A stretch of DNA of 64,000 nt. It comes from an uncultured Lactobacillus sp. (lineage in GTDB: Bacteria > Bacillota > Bacilli > Lactobacillales > Lactobacillaceae). Location: assembly GCA_947641735.1 (NCBI GenBank), contig CANRQR010000003.1, positions 8,392-72,391 on the forward strand, in the 5' to 3' direction. The notes below the pieces were generated by a model, which had not been told where the DNA came from, made no database searches, and saw only the letters and a program-made list of their open reading frames with translations. Below, in pieces: positions 1-10,963 of the stretch. The position numbers were made by a program, and so were the translations under genes. Every line of letters begins with the position of its first letter. Position 1 is the first letter of the stretch.

Positions 1-46
1 TCTATGTTTTAAAGCTGCAAGTTGCATATTTTATTCCTCAATCTTT

Positions 47-1702
47 TTAATTTTCTAATACTACTCCGGCATATGGTTCTAATCGTAATTTTCCTGCCGT
101 TAAATCATATTCGCCAGCCGCTAACCTTTCACTACTAAATTCTTTTCCTACTTCAAGCTCAATTGGTTCTTGACTCAAAGAAACAGCAATAAGTGCTTTT
201 TTGTCTTTTAAATTACGCTCATAGACATAACTCCCATTTGACGTTGGCCATAAATAATAATTACCTTCTTGAAATAGTTGTTCTTTCTTCAAGCTAATAA
301 GCTTTTTGTAAAAGTTAAACATACTACTATCATCCGCTATTTCATCAGCTACATTTACCTTATCAAGCTTTCTGCCTTTAATCCAAGGCTCTTTCTCTGT
401 AAAGCCATTATTTCTTTCGTTATCCCATGGCATTGGACCTCGAGCAGGAAGCTTATGGGTTTTGCTTGCCATTAACAATGCTTCTTTTGAAGTCTTACCT
501 GCTTTTTCTGCGCTCGTCACAAACTCTTTTACAGTATCATCTTTAAAATCATTTATATCTTCAAACTGTAAATTTTTCATCCCCAGCTCTTCACCATAAT
601 AAATGATTGGAATACCGCACTGTAAGTACATCAGCATTGCTAAACTTCTTGCTTGAATATCATTTTTAGCAATCCTAGTTGCCAGCCTTGCCATATCATG
701 ATTATTCCAATAAAGAGTAGGTTTAGAAATTCCACTTAAGGTCTGTTGCCAAATAGTCTGATTTTGTTTAAATTTAACCCAATCTAATGGCTTAGGTTGA
801 TAATTACTCAAAAAACTAGGATCGATCTTACTTTGATCTTCAGTAAAATATCTAAAAGTAATTACGCTATCCATTAAATGATTGTCCTGATTTGTATAAT
901 CCACAGCCAAATTCACATTTGCACTTGCTGCTTCTCCTAAAAGTAATGCATCAGGATAATCTTGCTTTATTTCCTCACAAAACAGTCGCATCCATTTTTG
1001 AACTTGTGGTAAATTAGCAAAAAATGGTTCTGCAATTACTGGCTCTTCATCTTTACTATTAACCGGAAAATTCTGTCTTAGATCGGCTTTTGCAATATGA
1101 ATAAAGGCATCCAGTCTTAATCCATCAATACCCTTTTCCAACCAATATTTTGCAATCTCGGTCATTGCATGTCTAACTTCGGGATTCTTCCAATTCAAAT
1201 CAGGCATTCTTTTATCAAAAAGATGGAAATAAAATTGTCCCGTTCCTGCAGGATCCTTTTCCCAAACACTTCCTCCGAAAAAACTTCCCCAATTATTTGG
1301 ACGCTGATTGTTTTCTCCAGCAAAAATATAATAGTCACGATATATACTTTCTGGATTTTTTATAGCATCTTGAAACCAGGGATGCTGATCAGAAGTATGG
1401 TTCAATACAAAGTCCATAATTACATGAATACCAGCCTCATGCATCTCTTTAATTAAGTTGTCCATATCCTCCATTGTTCCCATCTTTGGATCAATAGCAA
1501 AATAATTTGATACATCATAGCCATTATCCACTTGTGGAGAAACAAAAATCGGATTTAGCCAAACAGCATTGATTCCTAACTCCTTTAAATATGGTATTCT
1601 CTTTCTTATTCCATTTAAGTCACCAATACCGTCATTATTAGAATCTTGAAAAGACTTAGGATATATTTGATAAATAATTGCTTGATCATACCAATGTCTC
1701 AT
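47..1702 (-). CDS. GH13 alpha-glucosidase / oligo-1,6-glucosidase
   Basis: YQIYPKSFQDSNNDGIGDL, DNGYD, RLDA (nucleophile), GEA, NNHD motifs; GGAGG RBS supports ATG at 1702. Confidence 0.9.
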   Translation of the reverse strand: MRHWYDQAIIYQIYPKSFQDSNNDGIGDLNGIRKRIPYLKELGINAVWLNPIFVSPQVDNGYDVSNYFAIDPKMGTMEDMDNLIKEMHEAGIHVIMDFVLNHTSDQHPWFQDAIKNPESIYRDYYIFAGENNQRPNNWGSFFGGSVWEKDPAGTGQFYFHLFDKRMPDLNWKNPEVRHAMTEIAKYWLEKGIDGLRLDAFIHIAKADLRQNFPVNSKDEEPVIAEPFFANLPQVQKWMRLFCEEIKQDYPDALLLGEAASANVNLAVDYTNQDNHLMDSVITFRYFTEDQSKIDPSFLSNYQPKPLDWVKFKQNQTIWQQTLSGISKPTLYWNNHDMARLATRIAKNDIQARSLAMLMYLQCGIPIIYYGEELGMKNLQFEDINDFKDDTVKEFVTSAEKAGKTSKEALLMASKTHKLPARGPMPWDNERNNGFTEKEPWIKGRKLDKVNVADEIADDSSMFNFYKKLISLKKEQLFQEGNYYLWPTSNGSYVYERNLKDKKALIAVSLSQEPIELEVGKEFSSERLAAGEYDLTAGKLRLEPYAGVVLEN

Positions 1703-1740
1703 AATACACATCCTCCATGAATTTTATTTTAAGCAATTAT

Positions 1741-1754
1741 TATAAGCGCTTACA
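1741..1754 (-). promoter_or_regulatory. cre (CcpA) site
   Basis: TGTAAGCGCTTATA on - strand upstream of the GH13 gene matches TGWAANCGNTNWCA. Confidence 0.7.
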
Positions 1755-1766
1755 ATAATTTTTATC

Positions 1767-1780
1767 TGTTACCGGTATCA
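1767..1780. promoter_or_regulatory. Putative LacI-family operator
   Basis: Near-palindrome TGTTACCGGTATCA with central CG, between the LacI gene and the GH13 gene. Confidence 0.55.
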
Positions 1781-1808
1781 AAAAAAGAAGCTGTTTAGCC
1801 AGCTTCTT
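1780..1808 (-). terminator. Rho-independent terminator of LacI gene
   Basis: aagaagctg/cagcttctt stem; A-run gives U-tract on - strand. Confidence 0.7.
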
Positions 1809-2751
1809 ACTTTCTTGTAGATTCACTTTTTATTAGTTCTGGTTCAATCAAGACTTCACCCTGCTGGGCTCCATCTTGTTTAATTTTTTGCAGAATCATC
1901 TCAGCTAAAAGCTCACCGAGCTTAAATAAATTTTGCTTAACGGTAGTGAGTTTTGGATTTGAGACTTGATCTAAAAAGACTCCGTCAAAACCAATCACAC
2001 CAAAATCCCGAGGAATATTTCCATTCTTTCTTTGTATAGCTCGTACTACTCCGACTGCAATTCGATCACTAGCACAAATAAAGCATGTATTTGGTGCGAA
2101 TTTTCTCCAATTATCAATAATTAATTTTTCAGCCAGACTACTATGGTTTTGAATTCGAAAAATTTTTGGAATCATATTATGTTTCTGAAGTGTATTGATA
2201 TAGCCGGCTTCTCTTGAATATTCAAAAGGCTCTTTTTCATCAATTCCAATGAAAACAATTGATTGATAATTTTTATTAAGTGCATACTGTGTAGCCAGCT
2301 GTTCACCTAATTTGTTATCTGTATCAATAAAATCATAGCCATAACGATTTTCTCCAAATAAAACAAAAGGTTTATCTAATTGATCTAACCATTCTGCATC
2401 CGTTGCTCGTCCCCCAGTTATAATGTAACCGTCTCCTCCGCCAACATCCCTACCTGTGGCTAATTGAATTGCGTAGTGTTTTTTGCTCAGTCCTTTAGCA
2501 ATTCCAAAAAGTAGATTCATATAGTATGGCTCGGTTGTATCAATATCTTCTAAAATTACCAATTTAACCACATTAGTCCGATTATGAGCTAAAGCACTCG
2601 CAATTGAATTGGGATGATAATTCAATTGCTCCATTGCTTTTTCCACAATTTTTCTTAATTCTGGCGTCACCTGTTGCGGATGATTAATAACCCGCGATAC
2701 TGTCATCTTAGATACACTAGCTTTTTTTGCTACATCAGATAAAGTAGTCAT
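1807..2751 (-). CDS. LacI-family transcriptional regulator
   Basis: TLSDVAKKASVSKMTVSRVIN HTH, YHPN hinge, sugar-binding domain with IGFD. Confidence 0.93.
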   Translation of the reverse strand: MTTLSDVAKKASVSKMTVSRVINHPQQVTPELRKIVEKAMEQLNYHPNSIASALAHNRTNVVKLVILEDIDTTEPYYMNLLFGIAKGLSKKHYAIQLATGRDVGGGDGYIITGGRATDAEWLDQLDKPFVLFGENRYGYDFIDTDNKLGEQLATQYALNKNYQSIVFIGIDEKEPFEYSREAGYINTLQKHNMIPKIFRIQNHSSLAEKLIIDNWRKFAPNTCFICASDRIAVGVVRAIQRKNGNIPRDFGVIGFDGVFLDQVSNPKLTTVKQNLFKLGELLAEMILQKIKQDGAQQGEVLIEPELIKSESTRK

Positions 2752-2903
2752 ATTCTCATAGTTCCTTCTTCAAAACTGTATAGTTTAATACTACCTTAAT
2801 TATCCGAGATATGTAAACGCTTTTTATATTTTTAAAATAAAGGTATAGCTTTTATAGGACAAAAAAACCAATACCTAAGTAGATAGATATTGGTTTTTAT
2901 TAC

Positions 2904-3875
2904 TTAATTATGTGATTGAAAACGAGTATTAAATAGTGGACTAACTGGTTTATGCTCTTGAATCAATTTAATTGCTTCACCCATTAATGGTCCAACAGAA
3001 ACAATTTCAGCCTTAGATAAATCTTTTTCTTCAGGTTGGTTAATTGAATCAGTTAAGATCAATTTCTTAATTGGTGAATTATTCAAACGTTCAATTGCGG
3101 GACCTGATAAAACAGCATGGGTAGCTGAAGCATAAACTTCAGTTGCACCAGCATCCATTAAAGCTTGAGATGCTAAAGTAATAGTACCAGCAGTATCGAT
3201 CATATCATCAATAATAATGGCACGCTTGCCTTTTACATCTCCAATAATGTTCATAACTTCAGCAACATTTGCCTTTGGACGGCGCTTATCCACAATTGCA
3301 ATTGGAGTCTTAAGGAATTCTGCTAGCTTTCTTGCTCTAGTTACACCACCATGATCAGGAGAAACTACAACGGCATCTTTTTCTAAATCATGACTCAAGA
3401 AGTAGTCCGCAAGAAGAGGTGCTCCCATTAAATTATCAACAGGAATATCAAAGAAGCCTTGAATTTGTGGGGCATGTAAATCAAGTGAAAGTACTCGATC
3501 AGCACCAGCTTTTTGCAACATATCAGCTACTAACTTAGCTGTAATTGGTTCACGAGCACGAGTTTTTCTATCTTGACGTGCATATCCGTAGTAAGGCATT
3601 ACTAAGTTAACACTTCTAGCTGAAGCACGCTTAACAGCATCAATCATGATCAACAATTCCATTAAATTATCATTTACTGGAGCTGAGGTTGATTGTACTA
3701 AATAAACATCTTTACCACGAACTGACTCATCGATGTTAATTTGAATTTCACCATCGCTGAAACGTTTAACATCAGACTTACCAAGCTTAACTCCCACCTT
3801 ATCAGCAATTTTTTCTGCTAAAGGCTTATTAGAGTTGAGCGCAAAAATTTTAATTTCTTTGTCTAATTGAGACAT
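2904..3875 (-). CDS. prs: Ribose-phosphate pyrophosphokinase
   Basis: [36 protein letters not shown]; follows glmU. Confidence 0.97.
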   Translation of the reverse strand: MSQLDKEIKIFALNSNKPLAEKIADKVGVKLGKSDVKRFSDGEIQINIDESVRGKDVYLVQSTSAPVNDNLMELLIMIDAVKRASARSVNLVMPYYGYARQDRKTRAREPITAKLVADMLQKAGADRVLSLDLHAPQIQGFFDIPVDNLMGAPLLADYFLSHDLEKDAVVVSPDHGGVTRARKLAEFLKTPIAIVDKRRPKANVAEVMNIIGDVKGKRAIIIDDMIDTAGTITLASQALMDAGATEVYASATHAVLSGPAIERLNNSPIKKLILTDSINQPEEKDLSKAEIVSVGPLMGEAIKLIQEHKPVSPLFNTRFQSHN

Positions 3876-3984
3876 AATTTCCTCCACCGAAAAATTACAA
3901 TTCCATCTTTAATAATAGCAAAAAAATGCTACTTACGCTTGAAAATAGCAAAAAAAGAAGTTGTATTTAACAACTTCTTTTAAT

Positions 3985-5370
3985 TTATTCCCAATCTTTA
4001 TCTTTTGATAGCGGTAACTTGTGCCAGTAATCAGGTTTATTAGTCTGTCTACCTCTAGCAATTGCCATATCGTACTTATCAACATCTTTAGTAATTGTTG
4101 AATCTGCTGCCACAAATGCATGATCAGCAATATTAACTGGGGCAATGATAGTAGCACCTGCTCCAATAAATGAATGATCGCCCACATTAGTATGAAACTT
4201 CTTAACACCATCGTAGTTAGAGAAGATAGTACCACAACCAATATTAATATCTTTACCTAAAGTTGCATCCCCAACATAAGTTAAGTGACCTACTTTACTA
4301 TCTTCACCAATTTCAGCCTTCTTAATCTCAACAAAGTTACCAATATGAGCGCCTTTTCTAATGATAGCTTTAGGACGAAGGTGAGAGTTAGGTCCAATAT
4401 CAGTATTATCATCCATTTGAGCTTCTTGAAGAGTTGAAGAAGTAATAGTTACGTTGTTGCCGATCTTAGAGTCAATGATTCTTGAACTATTAGTAATATA
4501 GCAGTTACTACCAATTTCGGTTTTACCCTTAATAACAACATTTCCTTCGATAACAGTATCGTTGCCAATTTTAACATCGCTATCAACATATGCAGTATCA
4601 GGATCAATAAATGATACACCATTTCTCATGTGTTCTTCATTGATTCTTCTTTGCATAATTTTAGTTGCTTGAGCAAGAGCAATTCGGTCGTTAACCCCTA
4701 GACTTTCGCTAAAGTCTGGCATTTCATATGCACCGACCTTGTGACCAGCCTTGCGCATAATTTCTAAAACATCAGTTAGATAGTATTCACCTTGTGCGTT
4801 GTCGTTACCTACTTGTTTTAGAGCTTTAAATAATTCTTTATTGTCAAAACAAAAAACACCAGTATTAATTTCATCAACAGCTAACTCTTCTGGAGTACCA
4901 TCTTTTTGTTCAACAATTCTCAGAACATTTCCATCTTCGTCACGAATGATACGTCCATAGCCAAATGGATTTGGAGCTTTTGCGGTCAAAACAGTTGCAC
5001 TATTTCCGCTCTCTTCGTGTTTTTTAAATAAGTTATTAAAGGTTTCAGCTGTAAATAATGGAGTATCCCCAGTAGCAACTAAAGTTGATCCATCTAAACT
5101 CTCTAATAGATCATTTGCTGCTAAAACTGCATCTCCAGTTCCTAATTGCTTTTCTTGAAAAGCAAATTCTGACTGACCTGCTAATACATCTTTAACACTC
5201 TCTGCGCCATTACCAACAACAGTGATAATCTTATCTGGATTAGTTCCCTTTGCTGCATCAACGACATGTTCTACCATCGTTTTTCCGCAAACCTTATGTA
5301 ATACCTTGTAAAGTTTTGACTTCATACGGGTGCCTTTCCCAGCAGCTAAGATAACAACATATTTATTCAT
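3985..5370 (-). CDS. glmU: Bifunctional UDP-GlcNAc pyrophosphorylase / GlcN-1-P acetyltransferase
   Basis: [17 protein letters not shown], hexapeptide repeats, HLTYVGDA. Confidence 0.97.
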   Translation of the reverse strand: MNKYVVILAAGKGTRMKSKLYKVLHKVCGKTMVEHVVDAAKGTNPDKIITVVGNGAESVKDVLAGQSEFAFQEKQLGTGDAVLAANDLLESLDGSTLVATGDTPLFTAETFNNLFKKHEESGNSATVLTAKAPNPFGYGRIIRDEDGNVLRIVEQKDGTPEELAVDEINTGVFCFDNKELFKALKQVGNDNAQGEYYLTDVLEIMRKAGHKVGAYEMPDFSESLGVNDRIALAQATKIMQRRINEEHMRNGVSFIDPDTAYVDSDVKIGNDTVIEGNVVIKGKTEIGSNCYITNSSRIIDSKIGNNVTITSSTLQEAQMDDNTDIGPNSHLRPKAIIRKGAHIGNFVEIKKAEIGEDSKVGHLTYVGDATLGKDINIGCGTIFSNYDGVKKFHTNVGDHSFIGAGATIIAPVNIADHAFVAADSTITKDVDKYDMAIARGRQTNKPDYWHKLPLSKDKDWE

Positions 5371-5417
5371 GAATTTAATATCCCCTCAATATTGTATTTA
5401 AGCTATCTATCAGTATA

Positions 5418-6254
5418 TCATTTTGGGAAACGATTGAAATCTGTCTGCTCTAAGAAATTACCTGGTCGTACTTTGATTAGTTTCTTATCCCTGTCAACTT
5501 CAGTGATTTTAATTAAAGATTGGTAGTCATCAACTACTTTTTGAGAGGCATACTTTGTTTCGCAAAGTACACACATACCGGCAACAGTACCTTTAAATTC
5601 TTTAACTAGTTCTTCCATCCCAGTTAAAGTGCCTCCACCTTTCATGAAGTCATCGACAATTAGTACATTACTTCCTTCTGGGAGGAGTCTTTTGGCTAAC
5701 TCCATTTTTTCAACTCGTTCACTTGAAGAAGCAACATAATTAACTGAAATTGTTGATCCTTCAGTAATTTTAGGACGTCTTCTAACCATTACAAATGGCA
5801 CATTTAAGAAACGACTTACTGCTTGTGCAAGAGCAATTCCTTTAGTCTCAATCGTCATTACATAGTCAATATTACTGTAGGCATATTTGGTAGCAATCAG
5901 TTGTCCAATTTGACGTAAATCTTGCGGCGAACCTAAAATATCGGATAAGTAAACAAAATTACCGGGTAAAATACGATCAGGATCTTCAATACGGTCAGCT
6001 AAATCATGAAGATAGTCTGTAGCTTCTTTTTTTCCTACAAAAGGAATGTATCTTACTCCACCTGCTGCTCCTGCTACAGTTTCTAAAATTCCATTTTGAT
6101 CGTTGGCTAAAGTTTGACGTAAAATTGCCAAATCTTCTGAAATTGAAGATTTTGCTGCACCATAGCGATCTGCAAAAAATGGTAATGCAATCAAAGTATG
6201 AGGGCGAGCCAAAAGATACTTAACCATATCAACTAATCTTTCTGAACGTTTCAT
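5418..6254 (-). CDS. purR: Purine operon repressor
   Basis: MKRSERLVDM, AAKSSISED, GAAGGV, VDDFMKGGGT. Confidence 0.95.
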   Translation of the reverse strand: MKRSERLVDMVKYLLARPHTLIALPFFADRYGAAKSSISEDLAILRQTLANDQNGILETVAGAAGGVRYIPFVGKKEATDYLHDLADRIEDPDRILPGNFVYLSDILGSPQDLRQIGQLIATKYAYSNIDYVMTIETKGIALAQAVSRFLNVPFVMVRRRPKITEGSTISVNYVASSSERVEKMELAKRLLPEGSNVLIVDDFMKGGGTLTGMEELVKEFKGTVAGMCVLCETKYASQKVVDDYQSLIKITEVDRDKKLIKVRPGNFLEQTDFNRFPK

Positions 6255-6346
6255 GCTTTTACCTTCCTAAACATTAAATAGATTTCTACGTTTAAATATA
6301 CTCTATATAAAGAAAAATCACTAGCATTTTAAGTGAAATACTAGTG

Positions 6347-6359
6347 ATTGTTCGTAATA
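6347..6359 (-). promoter_or_regulatory. Putative PurBox (purR autoregulation)
   Basis: TATTACGAACAAT on - strand contains the CGAAC core of Firmicute PurBoxes, ~90 bp upstream of purR. Confidence 0.45.
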
Positions 6360-6371
6360 TTCTATTGTCGA

Positions 6372-6611
6372 CTACATTTCATCAAACTCAAGTTCAATGT
6401 TCTTGGTTAATAAATCGGTATAACTATAAGATACTCGTTCAAAATTGTTTTGATCTTGGTCAAGATCTACAACAAATACTGCCCGATAAGTCTTAGTTAA
6501 TCTACCTTTACGACGGGTTACTTTTTTTCTTCCTGCTTGAGCTACTACTACTAAGTTTTCACCCAAATGAGAATCCAAACTTTGTTTAATTGCCATTAGT
6601 GTTGTTGGCAC
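6372..6611 (-). CDS. veg: Veg family protein
   Basis: GRKK...RVSYSYTDLLT; conserved position after rsmA; GTG start. Confidence 0.93.
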   Translation of the reverse strand: MPTTLMAIKQSLDSHLGENLVVVAQAGRKKVTRRKGRLTKTYRAVFVVDLDQDQNNFERVSYSYTDLLTKNIELEFDEM

Positions 6612-6686
6612 TGGACGTCACTCCTTTGCTTGGACTCATTTTATCAAAAAATTAATATTTTTTCAAGTCTGTAATTTGTAACCGTT

Positions 6687-7577
6687 TTATACTTGCCGAT
6701 CTTTTAGAAGATGTGCCAACTGAACAAATTGATTTAGAGTTAATTCTTCCGGACGAACTCTAACATCTAATCCTAGATCATTAATTAATTTCTCGCGTTC
6801 ATCTTTATCTTTAATTAAAGTCTTCAAATTATTAGCTAAAGTTTTACGACGTTGAGCAAAACACATTTTCACTACATGATCGAAGAATGCATAATCATTA
6901 ATGTCAGGCTTTTCAAGAAGTGGCGTTAAGACAACAACCGCGGAATCAACTTTAGGTCTTGGCATGAAAGATGTGCTCTTTACTTCTTCGGCTAAGCGAA
7001 CATTCATCCGGCTTTGCACTGCAATAGACAAGGGACCATATTCCTTTGTTTTAGGCTTAGCAACTAACCGTTCAGCAACTTCTTTTTGCATCATTAAGGT
7101 TAAACTTGAAAAATCTAAATCACTCTTAATCAGATTAAAAATAATTGGAGTTGTAATGTAGTAAGGTAAATTAGCAACAATCTTAACTGATTTACTTAAA
7201 TCAAGAAAGCCATCATTATCCTCTACAAAGTTAGCTTTCAATACATCTTTCATTACTAACTTAAACCGATCTTTCAATTCTTCACCATCAATTTTTTGTG
7301 GCAATTCATTGTTTAAGATTTCTGGTAAATCTTGATCAACCTCATAAGCCAAAACTTTGGCTCCAGCTAAAAGAAGTTGTTCAGTTAATGAACCAATTCC
7401 AGGTCCAATTTCAATAACTTGGTCTCCTGGCTGAATATCTGCTGCTTCAACAATTCCTTTAATTGCTGGTAAATCTACTAAAAAGTTTTGACCTAAATTC
7501 TTTTTCGCATGCATAAAATAGCGATTAACAATTGCTTGAGTTCTAACTGGACTTGCAATCGGCATACTATTTGACAT
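6687..7577 (-). CDS. rsmA: 16S rRNA dimethyladenosine transferase
   Basis: [33 protein letters not shown]. Confidence 0.96.
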   Translation of the reverse strand: MSNSMPIASPVRTQAIVNRYFMHAKKNLGQNFLVDLPAIKGIVEAADIQPGDQVIEIGPGIGSLTEQLLLAGAKVLAYEVDQDLPEILNNELPQKIDGEELKDRFKLVMKDVLKANFVEDNDGFLDLSKSVKIVANLPYYITTPIIFNLIKSDLDFSSLTLMMQKEVAERLVAKPKTKEYGPLSIAVQSRMNVRLAEEVKSTSFMPRPKVDSAVVVLTPLLEKPDINDYAFFDHVVKMCFAQRRKTLANNLKTLIKDKDEREKLINDLGLDVRVRPEELTLNQFVQLAHLLKDRQV

Positions 7578-8130
7578 CTTCAACTGCCCTCTTTAATTCA
7601 TCATAAGTAATTCCAAACATCTTTAAGCGTTTATAAAATTGTTTACTATTTCCATATCCAATTCCTAGCTTAATCCCAACCTTCTCACGTAAAAGACGAG
7701 CGCCCGAGCTCATTCCTAAGCCTAACTCATCGTACTTTTCCTTAGTGATATCACTTTCTATCGGTTTAACTTCATGCAAATCACTTAAAGCACGAATCAA
7801 AGCTTCTTTTGAAGCGTGTTCAACTCCTAAACTATTTCCACGCTTAGTTGGTTCTCCTTCTTTGCGTGTAATAAAAGCTTGCTTAGCCTGAGGAGCTGCT
7901 TGGGTAACTAAACGTCGAATCCTTTCGCCATTATAATCTGGGTCAGTAAAAATAATTATTTCTCTAGTTTGCGAAAGTTTCTTTATTTCAGCTAAAGTTT
8001 GTTCAGATACCTCTGAACCATTGGTTTCAATAGTTTCAATTCCAGGAAAAAATTGTTTTAGACGTTTGGTATCATCTCGACCTTCAACAACTATTACAGC
8101 ATTAAATTGTTTTTTATTTTCTGATTCCAT
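7567..8130 (-). CDS. rnmV: Ribonuclease M5
   Basis: [21 protein letters not shown] Toprim motifs. Confidence 0.95.
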   Translation of the reverse strand: MESENKKQFNAVIVVEGRDDTKRLKQFFPGIETIETNGSEVSEQTLAEIKKLSQTREIIIFTDPDYNGERIRRLVTQAAPQAKQAFITRKEGEPTKRGNSLGVEHASKEALIRALSDLHEVKPIESDITKEKYDELGLGMSSGARLLREKVGIKLGIGYGNSKQFYKRLKMFGITYDELKRAVEDVK

Positions 8131-8887
8131 ATGCCCTCATCGTATTCTCAAATGTATGCTTGGCTACTTCTTCAACAGAGCTTCCACGCAAATCGGCAAT
8201 TGCTTCAGCTACATAACGCACATATCCTGTTTCATTTTGTTTTCCACGGTATGGCTTCGGTGTTAAATATGGAGCATCAGTTTCAATTAAAAATTTGTCC
8301 CACGGCACAACCTTAGCTGAAGCATGAACATCAACTGTTTTAGTAAAAGAAACCACACCAGAAAATGAAACCATCATCCCTAAGTCAAGAAACTTATTGA
8401 GCCATTCCGGATCACCATTGAAATTATGAATTATCCCACCATATTCACCGACATGACTATCTTTCAAAACTTGATAAGTATCTTCAAAAGCATCTCGAGT
8501 ATGAATATTAACAGGCATTTTCAAACTATGAGCCAAATCAAGTTGTCGCGCAAAAACTTTGCGTTGTACCTCTCTCGGGGATTCATCCCAATAATAATCT
8601 AGTCCAATTTCTCCTAACGCGACAGTTTTAGGTTCTTTTAGTTGCTCAACTAGCTTATCCTCAGCTTTTTGATCATAGTCTTTAGCAACATCCGGGCAAT
8701 AGCCAACAATAGCATATAAGTTATCGAATCTTTGACTCAAGTCAATCGCACGTTCGTTAAATTCAGGATCTTGTCCAGCAACCGCACTTTTCACAACACC
8801 TAATTCTTTAGCTCGTTCAAGATAAATGTCTTCTTTTCCGCGAAAAGGTGCATCATTTAAGTGTGTATGCGAATCAAAAATCTCCAT
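8114..8887 (-). CDS. tatD: TatD family hydrolase
   Basis: DSHTHL, GEIGLDY, IHTRDA, ETDAPYL. Confidence 0.93.
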   Translation of the reverse strand: MEIFDSHTHLNDAPFRGKEDIYLERAKELGVVKSAVAGQDPEFNERAIDLSQRFDNLYAIVGYCPDVAKDYDQKAEDKLVEQLKEPKTVALGEIGLDYYWDESPREVQRKVFARQLDLAHSLKMPVNIHTRDAFEDTYQVLKDSHVGEYGGIIHNFNGDPEWLNKFLDLGMMVSFSGVVSFTKTVDVHASAKVVPWDKFLIETDAPYLTPKPYRGKQNETGYVRYVAEAIADLRGSSVEEVAKHTFENTMRAYGIRK

Positions 8888-10863
8888 TAGCCTAATTCAG
8901 CTCCAACCTCATGTTCATCGCCAACAATAGCTAACTTAACCTTGCCATCCTTTTCACTAGATAAAAGCATACCTTGACTTTCATGTCCTAGCATCTTACG
9001 TGGCTTTAAGTTAGTAACTGCAAGGACCTTTTTATCTAAAAGTTCACTTGCATCTGGATAAAACTTACGAATACCACTTAAAATTTGACGTTCGTTTCCA
9101 TCACCAAAATCAAGTTTAAACATTAATAATTTACTTGATCCCTTTACTGGCTCAACGGATAAAATTTGACCTACTTGAATTTTGACTTTGTCAAAATCAT
9201 CAATTGTAATGTGTTTTTCTTCTTTTTGTTGACTTCTAGTCTTCTTCTTTGGCTTAGCCTTCTTCATTTCTTCCTTAATGTACTTAACTTCAACATCATT
9301 TTTAAGTCGTGGGAAGATTGGAGTCGGCTTTTCTGTTACCTTAATGTTCCAGTCAAAGCCGCCAAAATCAAGTTTCTTTTGATCATCATTCTTCCAGTCA
9401 AGTCCGAGTTGTTCAAACATCTTAACTGGGCTCTGCGTCATAACTGGTGCAATTAAAATTGCAATTAAACGTAAACTTTCAGCCAAGTTAGTCATTACTT
9501 TAGATAGTTCTTCACTCTTGCCCTCTTTATTTAACGTCCAAGGTGTAGTTTCATCAATATATTTATTTGCACGAGAAATGAGCTTCCAAACACTATCTAA
9601 AGCTTGAGAGAAGTGGAGGGCATCCATTTGTTTTTGATATTCAGCAATTGTTTCATTAGCTGTTTTAATTAAATCTTTTGCAAATTCATCTTGTTCTGAA
9701 GCAACTGGAGCAACTTGGCCATCTTGATATTGATTAATCATTGAAACAGTTCTATTTAACAAGTTACCTAAGTCATTAGCCAAATCAAAGTTAACTCTTT
9801 CAACAAAATCTTCCGGAGTAAAAATACCATCTGAACCAAATGGAATTGCACGCATCAAGTAATAACGAAGAGCATCTAAGCCATAACGTTTAACAATCAT
9901 TTCTGGGTAAACGGCATTACCCTTTGATTTAGACATTTTACCGTCTCTCATTAATACCCAGCCATGCCCAAAGATTTGCTTTGGAAGAGGAAGATCAAGT
10001 GCCATTAACATAATTGGCCAATAAATAGTGTGGAAGCGAACAATTTCCTTACCAACTAAATGTACGTCAGCTGGCCAATATTTCTTAAATAATGCATCAT
10101 TATCTGAACCATATCCAAGAGCAGTAATATAGTTAGAAAGAGCATCAATCCAAACATAAACAACATGCTTAGGATCACTAGGTACAGGAATTCCCCAATC
10201 AACAGTCGTACGAGTGACAGATAAGTCTTCTAAGCCTGGCTTAATAAAGTTATTTACCATTTCTTTCTCACGAGAGTGAGGCAAAATAAAGTCTGGGTGA
10301 TCCTTGTAGTATTGAAGTAAGCGATCAGCATATTTACTCATTCTGAAGAAGTATGATGGTTCCTTAACTAAACGTACTTCATGTCCTGATGGAGCCTTTC
10401 CGCCAATTACATTGCCATCATCATCTCTATATACTTCAGCAAGTTGTGATTCAGTGAAGTATTCTTCATCTTCTACAGAATACCAACCAGTGTACTCGCC
10501 TAAGTAAATATCTCCTTGTTTTAATAATCTTTCAAAAATCTTTTGTACAGCTTTAATGTGATCTTCATCAGTTGTTCTAATGAAGCGATCATAGGAAACG
10601 TCTAACATTTTCCATAGGTCCTTATAGGAATCAGCCATTTTATCTACAAATTCTTGTGGTTTAATTCCTTGTGCTTCAGCTTTTTGCTCAATCTTAAGTC
10701 CATGTTCATCAGTTCCAGTTAAGAAGAATGTATCAAAACCGCGAGATTTTTTATAACGAGTCATGGTATCAGCAGCAATAGTAGTGTATGCATTACCGAT
10801 AGTTAATTTTCCAGATGGATAGTAAATAGGTGTAGTAATATAGAAAGTTTTCTTTTCAGCCAT
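8887..10863 (-). CDS. metG: Methionyl-tRNA synthetase
   Basis: FYITTPIYY, GTDEHG, KMSKS, C-terminal tRNA-binding domain; HIGH motif reads TIGN. Confidence 0.97.
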   Translation of the reverse strand: MAEKKTFYITTPIYYPSGKLTIGNAYTTIAADTMTRYKKSRGFDTFFLTGTDEHGLKIEQKAEAQGIKPQEFVDKMADSYKDLWKMLDVSYDRFIRTTDEDHIKAVQKIFERLLKQGDIYLGEYTGWYSVEDEEYFTESQLAEVYRDDDGNVIGGKAPSGHEVRLVKEPSYFFRMSKYADRLLQYYKDHPDFILPHSREKEMVNNFIKPGLEDLSVTRTTVDWGIPVPSDPKHVVYVWIDALSNYITALGYGSDNDALFKKYWPADVHLVGKEIVRFHTIYWPIMLMALDLPLPKQIFGHGWVLMRDGKMSKSKGNAVYPEMIVKRYGLDALRYYLMRAIPFGSDGIFTPEDFVERVNFDLANDLGNLLNRTVSMINQYQDGQVAPVASEQDEFAKDLIKTANETIAEYQKQMDALHFSQALDSVWKLISRANKYIDETTPWTLNKEGKSEELSKVMTNLAESLRLIAILIAPVMTQSPVKMFEQLGLDWKNDDQKKLDFGGFDWNIKVTEKPTPIFPRLKNDVEVKYIKEEMKKAKPKKKTRSQQKEEKHITIDDFDKVKIQVGQILSVEPVKGSSKLLMFKLDFGDGNERQILSGIRKFYPDASELLDKKVLAVTNLKPRKMLGHESQGMLLSSEKDGKVKLAIVGDEHEVGAELG

Positions 10864-10933
10864 CTTTATTCTTCCTCTCATAAGTCTTTTAACTGCTAGT
10901 ATAACATAGCATGCCTACATAAATTTGTGTACC

Positions 10934-10963
10934 AAAAAAGGAATTTCTTTTTTAGAAATTCCT
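10934..10963 (-). terminator. Terminator at the end of the mgtA-like ORF
   Basis: aggaatttct/agaaattcct stem with U-tract on - strand, overlapping the stop codon. Confidence 0.65.

Noticed and set aside
3933-4241. 102-aa ORF overlapping the glmU 3' end
   Set aside because: Alternate frame of glmU running across its terminator; no RBS or recognisable motif
6255-6371. Absence of ispE between veg and purR
   Set aside because: Expected loss in mevalonate-pathway lactobacilli; not novel
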